Origin: Gammaproteobacteria bacterium F7
GTDB taxonomy: Bacteria > Pseudomonadota > Gammaproteobacteria > Pseudomonadales > IMCC2047
NCBI GenBank assembly: GCA_001593685.1
Contig: LUKI01000003.1
Coordinates: 7,384 to 71,383 of the forward strand
DNA: 64,000 nt
Direction: 5' to 3'
Every line of letters starts with the position of its first letter. The first letter of the stretch is position 1. Shown one piece after another: positions 1 through 11,201 of the stretch. Under the pieces are notes generated by a model. It saw only the letters and a program-made list of their open reading frames with translations. It did no database searches and was not told where the DNA came from. A program made the position numbers and the translations under genes.

Positions 1-1513
1 CATCGGCAAAACGCTGCTGCCACTGTTCCAACCGGTTACGACGGCTGTTTTTAGTGGGCAAACGCACATGCTTTAGATGGGCTGGCAGCACCAGTTTCGA
101 CTCGATCAATGAAAAGATCAGTACCGGGATCACCACTAACGTAATTTGCGCAAAAATAGCCCCTCGTGCGCCTTCCACAAAGGCAATCGGTAAAAAAGCC
201 GCAATGGTCGTCAGAATACCAAAAGTAACCGGTACAGAGACCTCTTTGGTACCGTTGATAGCCGCCTGCAAACCCGTTTCAGAGCCACGCATGTGCCGGT
301 AAACATTCTCACCCGTGACAATCGCGTCATCAACGACAATACCCAGCACCAGAATAAAACCAAACAGGCTAACGATATTGATCGACATTCCCATCAGGTT
401 CATCGCAAAAAAGGCGCCCATAAAGCTAACCGGCACGCCAACAAACACCCAGAATGCAATTGCTGGACGCAGAAATAGCGTTAACAGCAGCAGCACTAAA
501 ATACCGCCCTGCGCGGCATTACGCATCAGCGTACCAATACGGTTTTTCACCGGCACAGAGTTATCGTCCCAATAACTGACGATCATGCCTTCGGGTAAAG
601 AAGGCTGTACCTGATCAATGTAGCGGTGTACTGTTTCAGCAACATCAATAATGTTTTCTTTACCCACGCGATAAACTTCAACTAACGCCGCAGGCTCACC
701 ATTAAAGCGAGTTCTTAGCGGTACCTCTTCGAAGTCATCATTAACCCGGGCAATGTCACCCAGCCGTAAAATACTGCCATCGGCATTTGTCTTCACCACA
801 ATGCGTTCAAACTCGTCACGCTGATAAGCCTGGCCCTTGGAGCGAATCAGCACATCACCGCCCTTCGTGCGAATATTGCCGGCTGACAAATCCAACGAGC
901 TTTTGCTGATCGCCTCACCAATAGCCGCCAGCGTCAATCCATATTCTCGTAGCCGGTCCTGAGCCACCTCAATGCCAATTTCATAATCACGCACAGCATC
1001 AAGCTCAACCTGTGAGATTCCCGGCAGCCGCAATAAGTCATCACGAACCTTCTCGGCATATTCACGCACCTCGTGCTCACCAAAAGATGACGCAACAGCG
1101 ACACTGATCACTCGATTACGGAACTGCTCTAGGCTGACAACCGGCTTTTCGGCATCAACAGGAAAAGTATTAATCGCATCAACTCGGGCTTTAATATCGG
1201 CCAGCAAATCACGGTCGTCGTAGTCATCATCCAGCTCGACTGTAACCGTGGTGCTGCCCTCAGCGGAACGACTAATGATTTTGTCGATGCCCTCCAGATC
1301 AAGTAATGCTTCTTCAATACGAATAGCAATACTCTGCTCCACATCCTGAGGAGTCGCGCCACGCAGAGTTACAGAAATAGTCACTGTATCGGTATCAAAC
1401 TGCGGAAAAAACTCCACCGGCAACTGAGTACGAACCGAGAAAAAACCCAGAAAAACAATGGTAATGAGTAATAGGTTGGCAGCTACATGGTTACGTGCAA
1501 ACCAACTAATCAT
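1..1513 (-). CDS. RND (AcrB/HAE1-type) efflux permease, N-terminal ~504 codons; continues past the window start
   Basis: My translation of the minus strand from the ATG at 1513 gives MISWFARNHVAANLLLITIVFLGFFS...RFNGEPAALVEVYRVG...SLFGFILVLGIVVDDAIV, a typical RND pump N-terminus. The start overlaps the adaptor stop (ATGA, 1510-1513). It is absent from the ORF track because it runs off the edge. Confidence 0.9.
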   Translation of the reverse strand, partial: MISWFARNHVAANLLLITIVFLGFFSVRTQLPVEFFPQFDTDTVTISVTLRGATPQDVEQSIAIRIEEALLDLEGIDKIISRSAEGSTTVTVELDDDYDDRDLLADIKARVDAINTFPVDAEKPVVSLEQFRNRVISVAVASSFGEHEVREYAEKVRDDLLRLPGISQVELDAVRDYEIGIEVAQDRLREYGLTLAAIGEAISKSSLDLSAGNIRTKGGDVLIRSKGQAYQRDEFERIVVKTNADGSILRLGDIARVNDDFEEVPLRTRFNGEPAALVEVYRVGKENIIDVAETVHRYIDQVQPSLPEGMIVSYWDDNSVPVKNRIGTLMRNAAQGGILVLLLLTLFLRPAIAFWVFVGVPVSFMGAFFAMNLMGMSINIVSLFGFILVLGIVVDDAIVTGENVYRHMRGSETGLQAAINGTKEVSVPVTFGILTTIAAFLPIAFVEGARGAIFAQITLVVIPVLIFSLIESKLVLPAHLKHVRLPTKNSRRNRLEQWQQRFAD

Positions 1514-2697
1514 TCGCTTGCCTCGGCCTGTTCGCCAGCCACGACACCCTCAACGATTCTCACCGCGGTACCAGATGCCACTTGCCCCAACGGCGTAAGC
1601 ACCAGTAGCTCGCCAGCCTTTAGCCCCTTTTTTATCAAGGCTTGGTTATCATTTTGCCAGGCAATATCGATATTACGGCGGCGTAAAGTGTCCTGTTCAA
1701 CCAAGTACACATAACTCCCCTGATAAATAGCATTGTTAGGGATCACCAATGCCTGTTTTAGCCTCCGCCCACTAATTTCAGCACGCACATATTGACCTAT
1801 CTTCAGTGGCTGGCGATCACGCGCCGCTTCTCCGTAAGGGTCATCAATTTGCGCAATCACATAGAGTTGTTGACTGGCCGCATCAATCGCCCCCTCGGTA
1901 CGGACTATTTTACCTTGCCAGTGCTCACTTTTACCCAGCTCAGAAATCAATTCGACAGCGGGTAGAGGTTGCTGCCGGTCCTTGTTAACCCGCAAGCTTT
2001 CCGGCAAATCAATATAAGCCAGATCGCGGTTTTTAAGAGGCAGCCTCACCTCCACCGTATCGACAGCGTAAATACTGGCAATCGCGCTATTAGCATTGAC
2101 GACCTGGCCCACATCAACTTTTTTCTCCAGCATACGACCAGCATAAGGCGCAACAATTCGTGTGCGCTCAAGGTTAGCCTGGGCGGTATCAAGTTGCGCC
2201 TCGGCAGCCAGCACCTTGGCCTGTGCAGCCTTTAACTGGGGCTCGCGGGACACCAGCGTGGGAGGTTGCCCCCGATTACCAAGTCGCACCCAGTCATCTT
2301 TGGCCTGCTTAACCTGCGCCTGCTCCTGAATCAATAACTGGCGCGACTCAATTAGGTTGGCACGCGCACTATTAACGCTGGCTTGGTAATCCCGGTCATC
2401 AATTTCCAGTAACAGCTCCCCAGCCTCAAAGAAACCACCATTGCGAAAATTGGGACTAATACGCACTACCTTACCCGCCACCTGCGGCACTAACTCGCTT
2501 TCCGTTCGAGGTTTAACTCGTCCGTAGCTTTGTAGGATCGGTTGGTAAGCTTGTACCTGCAATTTAACCACTTCAACGGCCAGCTCTCTGGTTTTAAGCT
2601 CTGCATTGCGTTCACTGCTGGGGGGATTAAGCTTAATCAGCACCGCTACGACAATCAGTGCGGTGAGTATAATGAAGGGCAATAATTTCTTGGGCAT
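1510..2697 (-). CDS. Efflux RND transporter periplasmic adaptor (membrane fusion protein, HlyD family)
   Basis: 395-aa ORF with an N-terminal membrane anchor, a coiled-coil hairpin (QASVNSARANL...AAEAQLDTAQANLERT) and a beta-barrel region. It is translationally coupled to the downstream RND permease. Confidence 0.9.
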   Translation of the reverse strand: MPKKLLPFIILTALIVVAVLIKLNPPSSERNAELKTRELAVEVVKLQVQAYQPILQSYGRVKPRTESELVPQVAGKVVRISPNFRNGGFFEAGELLLEIDDRDYQASVNSARANLIESRQLLIQEQAQVKQAKDDWVRLGNRGQPPTLVSREPQLKAAQAKVLAAEAQLDTAQANLERTRIVAPYAGRMLEKKVDVGQVVNANSAIASIYAVDTVEVRLPLKNRDLAYIDLPESLRVNKDRQQPLPAVELISELGKSEHWQGKIVRTEGAIDAASQQLYVIAQIDDPYGEAARDRQPLKIGQYVRAEISGRRLKQALVIPNNAIYQGSYVYLVEQDTLRRRNIDIAWQNDNQALIKKGLKAGELLVLTPLGQVASGTAVRIVEGVVAGEQAEASE

Positions 2698-3071
2698 TCA
2701 ACAATCCATTCTGAACTCTAAAATTTAAACGAAAAGCATAGCATTTAGATCACTTTGTTGGGCGTCAATCGGTACTGAATTTATGTGCTAAATCATTGAA
2801 AAATAAACCCAAGAAGTTCACTTAATCATACAAAACACTATACCAATCAACTCAATACGCGCATTTTCAAGCTGTGCCTAAGACTTAGTCGGTCCCCCCA
2901 AGTTCAGCGACTCGGATGAAAAACTCGCCACCATAACCGACTCACCGCTGAACTCTGCAAAAAATCTGTACGGATCACCAAACTTATCCTATTTCCCATG
3001 TCTATACTAAGTCCTTTATAATCGCTGCTCTTTGAAACTTCGATCACTTTGATCCAGATGAAATAAACTTC

Positions 3072-3641
3072 ATGAAAAAACTACTATTCGACTTTTTCCC
3101 TATTGTTATCTTTTTTGCCGTGTATAAGTACACAGATAACATGATTACCGCCACTGCAGTACTCATCCCTGCGACCATTTTTCAAGTTGCTTATGCTTAT
3201 TGGCAGACTCGAAAAATCGAAAAAATGTACCTCATTACGCTAGCTTTGGTTGTGCTGCTAGGCGGCGCAACAATCGTGTTTGAAAACAAGGCTTTCATCC
3301 AGTGGAAGCCAACGATTGTCAATTGGCTCTTTGCCTTGGTCTTCTTAGGCAGCCAATTCATCGGTAGTAAAAATATTCTACAGCGCATGATGGGCGGCCA
3401 GATTGAACTAGCAACGGCCATCTGGGCAAAGCTTAATTATTTATGGGTAGGATTTTTTATTTTCAGCGGCGCAATCAACTTATATGTTGCCTTCAGCGGC
3501 CAATTTTCAGAAGAGGCCTGGGTTAACTTCAAGCTATTCGGCATGCTGGGACTAACGCTGGTATTTATTATTTTGCAGGGCGTCTACCTGTCACGCCATA
3601 TTGAAAACAGCCCCGCTAAAAAAACCGAATCCAGCGACTAA
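3072..3641 (+). CDS. yciB: Intracellular septation protein A (YciB/IspZ family)
   Basis: MKKLLFDFFPIVIFFAVYK... polytopic membrane protein of 189 aa, the characteristic YciB N-terminus. It is followed by a yciI-like gene, as in many gammaproteobacteria. Confidence 0.88.
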   Translation: MKKLLFDFFPIVIFFAVYKYTDNMITATAVLIPATIFQVAYAYWQTRKIEKMYLITLALVVLLGGATIVFENKAFIQWKPTIVNWLFALVFLGSQFIGSKNILQRMMGGQIELATAIWAKLNYLWVGFFIFSGAINLYVAFSGQFSEEAWVNFKLFGMLGLTLVFIILQGVYLSRHIENSPAKKTESSD

Positions 3642-3711
3642 TAACCGCTTATATTTTGTAACCAAAAACCAACATATCAACCATTACTACACTTAATTAC
3701 AGGATTTAACC

Positions 3712-4017
3712 ATGTCACTTTTTTACGCCATTATCAGCCAGGACATCCCTAACAGTCTGCCTCTGCGAAAAGAAGCTCGCCCTGCTCACGTTGAGCGTTT
3801 GGTTGCGCTAAAGGAGCAGGGACGCCTGTTAATTGCCGGCCCTCACCCCGCTATTGATTCCGCTGACCCAGGCGAAGCGGGCTTCACCGGCAGTTTGGTG
3901 GTTGCCGAATTCGATTCCCTTGAGGACGCACAAAGCTGGGCCGACGCCGACCCTTATATTGCAGCAGGGGTTTATGAAAAAGTCATCGTAAAACCCTTCA
4001 ACAAAGTGCTGCCATAA
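3712..4017 (+). CDS. yciI: YciI family protein
   Basis: 101 aa; [22 protein letters not shown]...DPY..AGVYE pattern of YCII-related domain proteins; adjacent to yciB. Confidence 0.8.
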   Translation: MSLFYAIISQDIPNSLPLRKEARPAHVERLVALKEQGRLLIAGPHPAIDSADPGEAGFTGSLVVAEFDSLEDAQSWADADPYIAAGVYEKVIVKPFNKVLP

Positions 4018-4052
4018 CATCCCCAGCACGCTCAATAAGCACCATTGATACA

Positions 4053-4748
4053 ATGAAAATCCAACCAATCAGTGTGGGAACTAACGTGAAAAAAATCGCC
4101 TTTGTGGTGGCCGCCTGGCTCCTCAGCCAGCCAGCGCTGGCTGCCACCGCCTATGTAACGGACAGTTTTAAAGCACCAATGCGCTCAGGACACTCCAATG
4201 CTTACCGCATCATCGCCTATCCCGAAAGCGGTACCGCCATGGAAGTTCTTGAACGCAACAAAGATACCGGCTACACCAAAGTGAAAACCTCTCGCGGTAC
4301 TGAAGGTTGGATTTTGACACGCTACCTTGTCGATACCCCCATCGCCAAACATCGTCTGGCACAGGTTCAAAAACAGCTGGCCGACTTAAAGAAAAAAAAT
4401 CAGGAGTTAACTGCTGGTCAAAATAATGCCAGCCAGGCGGCATCTGAATTAAATCGTCAAAACAAGGCTCTGCAAGACACAAACGCCAAACTGGAAAAGG
4501 AGCTCAATTACATCAAGGATGTGTCGGGTAATGCGATCAGCATTAACCAACGCAACCAGCAATTGATCGAAGAAAATCAGCAGCTGAAAAACGATATTGA
4601 CCTGCTCAGTTCGGATAACGAGCGCCTGAAAAACGACGCTAAGAGCCAGTACTTTATGATGGGAGCTGGCGCCATTTTACTTGGACTGGTACTGGGTTTG
4701 GTGCTGCCATCCCTAAAGCCAAAACGTAAAGACAGCGGCTGGGTTTAG
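4053..4748 (+). CDS. SH3 domain protein with coiled coil and C-terminal TM anchor (YgiM/TIGR04211-like)
   Basis: Signal peptide (KKIAFVVAAWLLSQPALA), SH3-like segment (GTEGWILTRYL), long coiled coil, and a C-terminal hydrophobic helix plus KPKRK. An alternative GTG start at 4086 would give a cleaner signal peptide. Confidence 0.7.
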   Translation: MKIQPISVGTNVKKIAFVVAAWLLSQPALAATAYVTDSFKAPMRSGHSNAYRIIAYPESGTAMEVLERNKDTGYTKVKTSRGTEGWILTRYLVDTPIAKHRLAQVQKQLADLKKKNQELTAGQNNASQAASELNRQNKALQDTNAKLEKELNYIKDVSGNAISINQRNQQLIEENQQLKNDIDLLSSDNERLKNDAKSQYFMMGAGAILLGLVLGLVLPSLKPKRKDSGWV

Positions 4749-5357
4749 ATGATAGCAATGCGTTATTTTTCTCGCTTCTGTCTGCTACTCATCAGCCTCA
4801 GCCTGGCTCCGTTAGTACAAGCGGAAACACAGGTAGAATCTAAATCGAACGCTAAGACGCAGCCTCAGGTCGATATGCGCACCAGCATGGGAACCATAAC
4901 CATCACGCTGTTTCCTGAAAAGGCGCCAGTTACCGTCGCTAACTTTCTCGAATATGTCGATGCCGGCTTCTATGACAATACGGTTTTCCACCGTGTCGTG
5001 CCCAACTTTGTCATCCAGGGTGGCGGCTTTACCAGCAACATGCGACCACGAAAAACTCGTGCGCCAATTGTTAATGAATCGGATAATGGGCTGGCAAACC
5101 GACGTGGTACCCTATCAATGGCACGTACATCACACCCTGATAGCGCCACCTCGCAGTTTTTTATTAACCTGGAAAACAACCCATCGCTCAACGCCAGCTT
5201 TAACAAAGCGGGCTACGCGGTATTTGCCAAGGTGACAGAGGGTTTACCCGTCATCGATATGATCAGCCGTGTGCCGACCGGGCGCGTACAGCGGTACCAA
5301 GACGTTCCTCTTGACCCGGTTATCATTCTATCAATGCGCCGTAAAAGTGACTCTTAG
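4749..5357 (+). CDS. ppiA: Periplasmic cyclophilin-type peptidyl-prolyl cis-trans isomerase
   Basis: Signal peptide plus cyclophilin motifs (FHRVVPNFVIQGGGF, GTLSMAR, SATSQFFINL). Confidence 0.9.
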   Translation: MIAMRYFSRFCLLLISLSLAPLVQAETQVESKSNAKTQPQVDMRTSMGTITITLFPEKAPVTVANFLEYVDAGFYDNTVFHRVVPNFVIQGGGFTSNMRPRKTRAPIVNESDNGLANRRGTLSMARTSHPDSATSQFFINLENNPSLNASFNKAGYAVFAKVTEGLPVIDMISRVPTGRVQRYQDVPLDPVIILSMRRKSDS

Positions 5358-5397
5358 CTCTGTAGACAGGGTTAAGAGTCACTATTCATAGCTGTCT

Positions 5398-5805
5398 CTA
5401 CCCTTCCAGCCCTTTAGCCGCATGCTTGGCGCTGATCAGCTCAATCGCATAACCATCGGGGTCTTTCACAAAGGCGATTTCGGTGGTGCCGCCCTTGACC
5501 GGGCCCGGCTCGCGACTAATAACCCCACCCTTTGCACGAATTTTATCGCAGGCTGAATACACATCATCAACTTCAATAGCGATATGGCCAAAAGCGGCCC
5601 CCAACTCGTACTCAGTAACGCCCCAGTTGTAGGTTAGCTCCAGTACTGTTTCATCAGATTCATCACCATACCCCACAAAGGCTAAAGTGTACTGATATTC
5701 TTCATTATCTGAACGGCGCAACAACCGCATCCCCAGCACCTCTGTATAAAAATCAATAGCGCGCTGCAAGTCACCCACTCGCAACATAGCGTGCAAAATC
5801 CGCAT
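5398..5805 (-). CDS. gloA: Lactoylglutathione lyase (glyoxalase I)
   Basis: [26 protein letters not shown]...[11 protein letters not shown]...GHIAIEVDD; near-canonical GloA sequence of 135 aa. Confidence 0.92.
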   Translation of the reverse strand: MRILHAMLRVGDLQRAIDFYTEVLGMRLLRRSDNEEYQYTLAFVGYGDESDETVLELTYNWGVTEYELGAAFGHIAIEVDDVYSACDKIRAKGGVISREPGPVKGGTTEIAFVKDPDGYAIELISAKHAAKGLEG

Positions 5806-5827
5806 GGTTCACCTCGTAAAAATGGTC

Positions 5828-5858
5828 AAAAAAAATGGGAAGTGCTTTCACACTTCCC
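5828..5858 (-). terminator. Rho-independent terminator downstream of argG
   Basis: 8-bp stem gggaagtg/cacttccc (5837-5844 / 5851-5858). On the minus strand it is followed by a T8 run (the plus-strand A-run at 5828-5835). Confidence 0.7.
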
Positions 5859-5891
5859 ACCCGTTTAGCTAGCTAAAAAGACTGTTTCCGC

Positions 5892-7109
5892 TTATAGCTG
5901 ACTGCGGCCTTTACTGGCTGCAATTCTCAGGCGCAGTGCATTCAGCTTAATGAATCCTTCCGCATCCTTCTGATCGTACGCACCGGCATCATCTTCAAAG
6001 GTGGCAATGCTTTCGTCGAACAGGCTGTCATTAGACTCACGACCCACGACAATGACGTTACCCTTATAAAGCTTAACGCGTACTTTGCCGTTAACGAAGG
6101 TTTGAGTCTCATCAATCAACGCCTGCATAGCACGACGCTCAGGCGCCCACCAGTATCCGTTGTAGATGATTTCCGCGTATTTTGGAATCAGGCTGTCTTT
6201 CAAGTGCGCTGCTTCACGATCCAGAGTAATGGACTCGATCGCACGGTGCGCCTTCAACATAATCGTACCGCCCGGTGTTTCATAGCAACCGCGGGACTTC
6301 ATACCCACAAAACGGTTTTCAACGATATCAACACGGCCAACACCATTCTCTCCACCTACCTTGTTCAGGTAAGTCAGCACTTCGGCAGGTGTCATCGCTT
6401 TGCCGTCGATGGCAACGATATCGCCTTTCTCGTAGGTCAGTTCCAAATAGGTTGGAGTCTCTGGCGCAGCTTCAGGGGAAACACTCCACATCCACATGCT
6501 GTCTTCAGGCTCAGCCCATGGATCTTCCAAAATTCCGCCTTCGTAGGAGATGTGCAGCAGATTGGCATCCATAGAATAAGGAGATTTAGTACCTTGCTTG
6601 TTCTCAACTGGAATACCATGCTCATCACAGTAAGCCAAGAGCGTTTCACGAGACGTCAGATCCCACTCACGCCAAGGTGCAATCACTTTAACACCAGGCT
6701 TCAACGCGTACGCGCCCAGCTCAAAACGCACCTGGTCATTACCTTTACCAGTGGCACCGTGAGCAATTGCGTCAGCACCCGTCTCATTAGCGATTTCAAT
6801 CAAACGCTTGGTGATCAATGGTCGTGCAATAGAGGTACCCAACAGGTACTCACCTTCGTAGATGGCATTGGCGCGGAACATTGGGAATACAAAATCGCGT
6901 ACAAACTCTTCGCGCAGATCGTCAATGTAGATTTCCTTGATGCCTAGTGCTTCTGCCTTGGCTCGCGCTGGCTCAACCTCTTCACCCTGACCCAGGTCAG
7001 CAGTAAAGGTCACCACTTCACAGTTGTAGGTTTCCTGAATCCATTTACAGATAACAGAGGTATCAAGACCGCCAGAATAGGCCAGCACTACTTTTTTGAT
7101 ATCAGACAT
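5892..7109 (-). CDS. argG: Argininosuccinate synthase
   Basis: [19 protein letters not shown]...; 405 aa with full-length ArgG type-I motifs ([21 protein letters not shown]). Confidence 0.97.
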   Translation of the reverse strand: MSDIKKVVLAYSGGLDTSVICKWIQETYNCEVVTFTADLGQGEEVEPARAKAEALGIKEIYIDDLREEFVRDFVFPMFRANAIYEGEYLLGTSIARPLITKRLIEIANETGADAIAHGATGKGNDQVRFELGAYALKPGVKVIAPWREWDLTSRETLLAYCDEHGIPVENKQGTKSPYSMDANLLHISYEGGILEDPWAEPEDSMWMWSVSPEAAPETPTYLELTYEKGDIVAIDGKAMTPAEVLTYLNKVGGENGVGRVDIVENRFVGMKSRGCYETPGGTIMLKAHRAIESITLDREAAHLKDSLIPKYAEIIYNGYWWAPERRAMQALIDETQTFVNGKVRVKLYKGNVIVVGRESNDSLFDESIATFEDDAGAYDQKDAEGFIKLNALRLRIAASKGRSQL

Positions 7110-7230
7110 CGTCGCTCCGAGAATTAGGTAAAATCACAGGGCGCATATTCTAAACGCGACGCGTGAAAAAACATAGAGGAAGCAAGGATTTATCAGTTTT
7201 TAGGGGCGCTTGCGGTCGTTTTTCGTCAAT

Positions 7231-8112
7231 CTATTCTCGATCCAGCCGAATCGTCACCCGTCGATTACGTGCCTGCCCTTCATCCGTATCGTTTGCAGCG
7301 GTTGGATAACGGTCACCATGCCACCGCATGACAATGCGTTTTGAGCTGATACCGGCTTTTTTAAAGTAAGCCACCACCAAGCTGGCGCGTTGTTTGGATA
7401 CCCTGATATTGCTTTCTTTATCGCCAGCACTATCCGTATGACCATCAACCACCACACGTTTAATACGCTTATCGGCTTTCATATAGCGAACAATCAAATC
7501 CAACTGTTCCAAAACCTCCGGTGCCAGCTTGGTTCGGCCAGAGGCATAGAAAATAGTAGAGCGCTCAATTTGACGAAAATTGACGGGAATAAGATTTCGC
7601 ACACATCGCTCGTAATCAGCATAGGCTTGCGGGAAATTGACTGTAGAAACCGCCACTTTAACGGCAGGATACCCCTCAGCCAAATCGCTTTTGGTGGCGA
7701 TAGTAGGCATCAGGCCTTCACCCAACTTAGCCATCATTAAATCGGCGAAAGGCGCCTTAACCGTTAACGGAATTAAATCATCGACAACCCAAACATCGGT
7801 AATTTTGTTAGCCTCAACACCCGGCTTCCAGATAGGTCCTTCTGCCATCAATTCAGCCTCACCAGGGGCCAGCGCGGAATTGGCTCCACGCAGATGAAAC
7901 TGTAAGTTATAGCCCGCCCGATTACTGAACACGCCCTCACCAAAGTTGGGGATAGGCTGCCATATCCGGCATTCCAGCTCCGAACTCTGAACAAACCATT
8001 CGCTATCTTCAAGGCCCGCCTGGTAAGTAATCGCATAGACAGGCATCACTACTAACGCCATCAAGGCAGTCAGCAGTAATCGCGCCATTGTCTTAAATCG
8101 ATAATTATTCAT
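7231..8112 (-). CDS. motY: Flagellar motor protein MotY (MotY_N domain plus OmpA-like C-terminal domain)
   Basis: The N-terminal ...SEWFVQSSELECRIWQPIPNFGEGVFSNRAG... resembles Vibrio MotY (...[32 protein letters not shown]..., recalled from memory). The C-terminus is OmpA-like (VDGHTDSAGDKESNIRVSKQRA...NRRVTI). The position between argG and pyrC matches P. aeruginosa. Confidence 0.75.
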   Translation of the reverse strand: MNNYRFKTMARLLLTALMALVVMPVYAITYQAGLEDSEWFVQSSELECRIWQPIPNFGEGVFSNRAGYNLQFHLRGANSALAPGEAELMAEGPIWKPGVEANKITDVWVVDDLIPLTVKAPFADLMMAKLGEGLMPTIATKSDLAEGYPAVKVAVSTVNFPQAYADYERCVRNLIPVNFRQIERSTIFYASGRTKLAPEVLEQLDLIVRYMKADKRIKRVVVDGHTDSAGDKESNIRVSKQRASLVVAYFKKAGISSKRIVMRWHGDRYPTAANDTDEGQARNRRVTIRLDRE

Positions 8113-8329
8113 CGCTCACCAAGCAAAACAAAAAAATCCACGCTACAAATGCGTTATCCGATGAGTTAATCGGCGCGAAATAAAAAAACTTTAATACCAA
8201 TACAGCTTTATCTACCCATCTTTAAGGCCCTGTTGTTCACTAAAAACACCTATCGAAGTTCGGCGCTTTACGGTAGGATGCAACCTCAAATTCAGCCCCA
8301 TTTATTATTCAAATTCTGATCCAAAAGTT

Positions 8330-9361
8330 ATGACAACACTGACCATTACCCGCCCCGATGACTGGCATGTTCATGTTCGCGATGGCGACATGCTGGCCAC
8401 CACTGTACCTGATATTTCACGCTACTTTGGCCGTGCCATTATCATGCCTAACCTGAAACCACCTGTTTCTAACTGCGACGAGGCCCACGCCTATCGAGAA
8501 CGCATCATGGCACAGGTCCCGGCAGGCCGTAACTTTGACCCATTAATGGTGCTATACCTCACGGGCGAAACCTCACCCGCAGAAATTGCCAAAGCCGCCA
8601 AAAGCCCTTCGGTTAAAGCGGTTAAATTTTACCCTGCCGGAGCCACCACAAACTCTGAGTCGGGCGTTGCCGAACTGGAGCAATCTTTCGATACATTGGC
8701 CGCCATGGAAGAGCACAACATCCCCTTCCTGGTGCATGGTGAAGTGACCGATACCAATATTGATATTTTCGATCGTGAAAAAGTTTTCATCGACCGGACA
8801 CTGGCACCGCTGGTTGAGCGCTTCCCGAAGCTGAAAATAGTCATGGAGCACATCACCACAGCTGATGCGGCACAATTTGTTGCGTCAGCCCCCGCTAACG
8901 TAGGTGCAACCATCACCGTTCAGCACCTGCTATACAACCGTAATGACATGTTGGTTGGCGGCATTCGCCCGCACCTGTATTGCCTGCCGATTCTTAAGCG
9001 CGGCACTCACCAGGAAGCCTTACTGAAAGCCGCTATCAGCGGCAGCCCTAAATTCTTCCTCGGCACGGACTCCGCACCTCACCTACGCCACACGAAAGAA
9101 ACCAGCTGTGGTTGTGCCGGTTGCTACACAGGCTTTGCCGCCATCGAACTGTATGCCCATATATTTGAAAAAATGAATGCGCTGGATAAGCTGGAAGGTT
9201 TCGCCAGCCATTTTGGTCCGGATTTTTATCAGCTACCGCGCAATACCGACACCATCACGCTGACCAAAAAAGATTGGCTAATTCCCACCGAAATTGCCGC
9301 CGCAAACGAAGTCATTACGCCGCTTATGGCTGGCGAAACACTGGGTTGGCAAGTTATTTAA
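8330..9361 (+). CDS. pyrC: Dihydroorotase (homodimeric type)
   Basis: [19 protein letters not shown]... and 343 aa; class II PyrC signature. Confidence 0.93.
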   Translation: MTTLTITRPDDWHVHVRDGDMLATTVPDISRYFGRAIIMPNLKPPVSNCDEAHAYRERIMAQVPAGRNFDPLMVLYLTGETSPAEIAKAAKSPSVKAVKFYPAGATTNSESGVAELEQSFDTLAAMEEHNIPFLVHGEVTDTNIDIFDREKVFIDRTLAPLVERFPKLKIVMEHITTADAAQFVASAPANVGATITVQHLLYNRNDMLVGGIRPHLYCLPILKRGTHQEALLKAAISGSPKFFLGTDSAPHLRHTKETSCGCAGCYTGFAAIELYAHIFEKMNALDKLEGFASHFGPDFYQLPRNTDTITLTKKDWLIPTEIAAANEVITPLMAGETLGWQVI

Positions 9362-9393
9362 TCGCGATAACCTATTAACATTAGGGAAAATGG

Positions 9394-10032
9394 ATGTCTG
9401 AACCAACTTCAAAAGCGTCATCAATGATGGCTAACCGCTTCCGCGGCTACCTGCCTGTTGTGATTGATGTGGAAACCGGCGGCTTTAACGCCGCCACCGA
9501 TGCCCTGCTGGAGATCGCCGCCGTTCCCATTCAAATGGATGAGCAGGGGTTACTCTATCCAGGGGAAACGCTCTCTTTTCACGTAAAACCCTTTGAAGGC
9601 GCCAACATTGAAGAAGCTGCCATTAAGTTCACCGGCATCGACCCATACCACCCATTAAGAATTGCCAACACTGAGCAGGAAGCCATGGATGGCATCTTCC
9701 GCACTGTTCGAAAAGCCGTGAAAGCAAGCGGCTGCAAACGTGCAATTCTGGTCGGCCATAATGCTCATTTCGATCATGGTTTTGTTAATGCTGCTGCCGA
9801 ACGCTGCGACATCAAACGCAATCCTTTCCACCCTTTTTCAAACTTTGACACCGTTAGCCTGGCAGGATTAGCTGTTGGCCAAACCGTATTAGCCAGAGCC
9901 TGCGAGGTCGCTGAAATCGAATTCAGCAACGAAGAGGCTCACTCTGCCCGCTACGATACGGAAAAAACCGCCGAATTATTCTGTTTCATCGCCAATCGCT
10001 GGCGCGAATTGGGCGGCTGGCTGGGCGAATAA
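9394..10032 (+). CDS. rnt: Ribonuclease T
   Basis: [18 protein letters not shown]...[13 protein letters not shown]...[14 protein letters not shown]; DEDDh exonuclease motifs of RNase T. Confidence 0.93.
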   Translation: MSEPTSKASSMMANRFRGYLPVVIDVETGGFNAATDALLEIAAVPIQMDEQGLLYPGETLSFHVKPFEGANIEEAAIKFTGIDPYHPLRIANTEQEAMDGIFRTVRKAVKASGCKRAILVGHNAHFDHGFVNAAAERCDIKRNPFHPFSNFDTVSLAGLAVGQTVLARACEVAEIEFSNEEAHSARYDTEKTAELFCFIANRWRELGGWLGE

Positions 10033-10081
10033 CAATGACCCGCAGGTTAAATTAAAGCTCACCGACAAATTGTAGAGACAT

Positions 10082-10110
10082 AAAAAAACCCGGCAAAAGC
10101 CGGGTTTTTT
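10082..10110. terminator. Bidirectional rho-independent terminator between rnt and the peroxiredoxin gene
   Basis: aaaaaaa-cccggc-aaaa-gccggg-tttttt: a perfect GC stem flanked by an A-run and a T-run. Confidence 0.75.
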
Positions 10111-10130
10111 GTAACGCTATGTTGAGATGC

Positions 10131-10736
10131 TTACAGCTTGTCAGCATTCTCAGACAGGTAAGAGGCCACACCGTCAGGAGAAGCATCCATACCTTTATCG
10201 CCTTTGTTCCAACCAGCAGGACAAACTTCACCGTGCTCTTCGTGGAATTGCAGTGCATCAATCATACGCAGCAGCTCATCAATGTTACGGCCCAGCGGCA
10301 GATCGTTAACAACCTGATGACGAACCTGACCTTCCTTATCGATCAGGAAAGTACCACGGAAAGCAACACCTGCTTCAGGATGTTCAACATCGTAAGCCTG
10401 ACAGATTTCGTGTTTCATATCTGCAACCAGCGTGTAACCCACTTGACCGATACCACCATCGTTGATGGCTGTGTTACGCCACGCATTGTGAGTGAAATGT
10501 GAATCGATAGACACACCGATTACCTCAACACCACGATCGGTAAATTCTTTCAGGCGGTGATCAAAAGCGATCAGCTCTGAAGGGCAAACAAAGGTGAAGT
10601 CCAGTGGATAAAAGAAAACAACTGCATATTTACCTTTGGTGCTTGCTGACAGGTTGAATTCGTCAACAATTTCGCCACTGCCTAAAACAGCAGAAGCAGT
10701 AAAATCTGGGGCAGGTCTACCAACTAAAACACTCAT
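10131..10736 (-). CDS. 2-Cys peroxiredoxin (AhpC/TSA family)
   Basis: FFYPLDFTFVCPSEL (peroxidatic Cys) and ...GEVCPAGW (resolving Cys); 201 aa. Confidence 0.93.
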   Translation of the reverse strand: MSVLVGRPAPDFTASAVLGSGEIVDEFNLSASTKGKYAVVFFYPLDFTFVCPSELIAFDHRLKEFTDRGVEVIGVSIDSHFTHNAWRNTAINDGGIGQVGYTLVADMKHEICQAYDVEHPEAGVAFRGTFLIDKEGQVRHQVVNDLPLGRNIDELLRMIDALQFHEEHGEVCPAGWNKGDKGMDASPDGVASYLSENADKL

Positions 10737-10823
10737 GGTTAATCTCCGTAAAATATGATCTAGATCAAAAAACTCGGCTTATTGTATTACATGGCCAGCT
10801 GACTTCAAACGCTTTTCACCAAC

Positions 10824-10851
10824 AAAAAACCCGCACAAAATGGCGGGTTTT
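10824..10851 (-). terminator. Terminator-like hairpin downstream of grxD
   Basis: aaaaaa-cccgc-acaaaatg-gcggg-tttt. The A-run becomes a T-run on the minus strand. Confidence 0.5.
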
Positions 10852-10874
10852 AGGCAATTAACGACAGTGGCAAA

Positions 10875-11201
10875 TTACTCAGCTGATTCAGCCGCCGCAT
10901 CTTTAATCATCGTTTGCAGCTCACCCTGCTCGTGCAGCTCCATAACAATATCGCAACCTCCAACTAGTTCGCCTTTGATAAAAAGCTGAGGGAATGTCGG
11001 CCAGTTGGAGTAACTTGGCAGTGTAGCGCGAATGTCCGGGTGCTCCAGGATATTAACAAACGCAAAACGCTCGCCACAGGACATGACTGCCTGGCTGGCC
11101 TGCGAAGAGAAGCCACACTGAGGCTGCTGTGGAGAGCCCTTCATATAAAGAATGATCGTGTTGTTCTCGACCTGTTGTTTAATGGTTTCCATTACATCCA
11201 T
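10875..11201 (-). CDS. grxD: Grx4-family monothiol glutaredoxin
   Basis: The CGFS active site is visible (PQCGFSSQ); 108 aa; WPTFPQLFIKGELVGGCDI. Confidence 0.93.
   Translation of the reverse strand: MDVMETIKQQVENNTIILYMKGSPQQPQCGFSSQASQAVMSCGERFAFVNILEHPDIRATLPSYSNWPTFPQLFIKGELVGGCDIVMELHEQGELQTMIKDAAAESAE

Noticed and set aside
54-575. Plus-strand ORFs (54-302, 293-478, 315-575) at the window start
   Set aside because: They lie antisense to or overlapping the minus-strand RND permease, whose translation is an unmistakable AcrB-family N-terminus. Their low-complexity composition is typical of shadow frames.
6102-6947. 281-aa plus-strand ORF inside argG
   Set aside because: It is antisense to a full-length, highly conserved argininosuccinate synthase. 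It has no motifs and is a shadow ORF.
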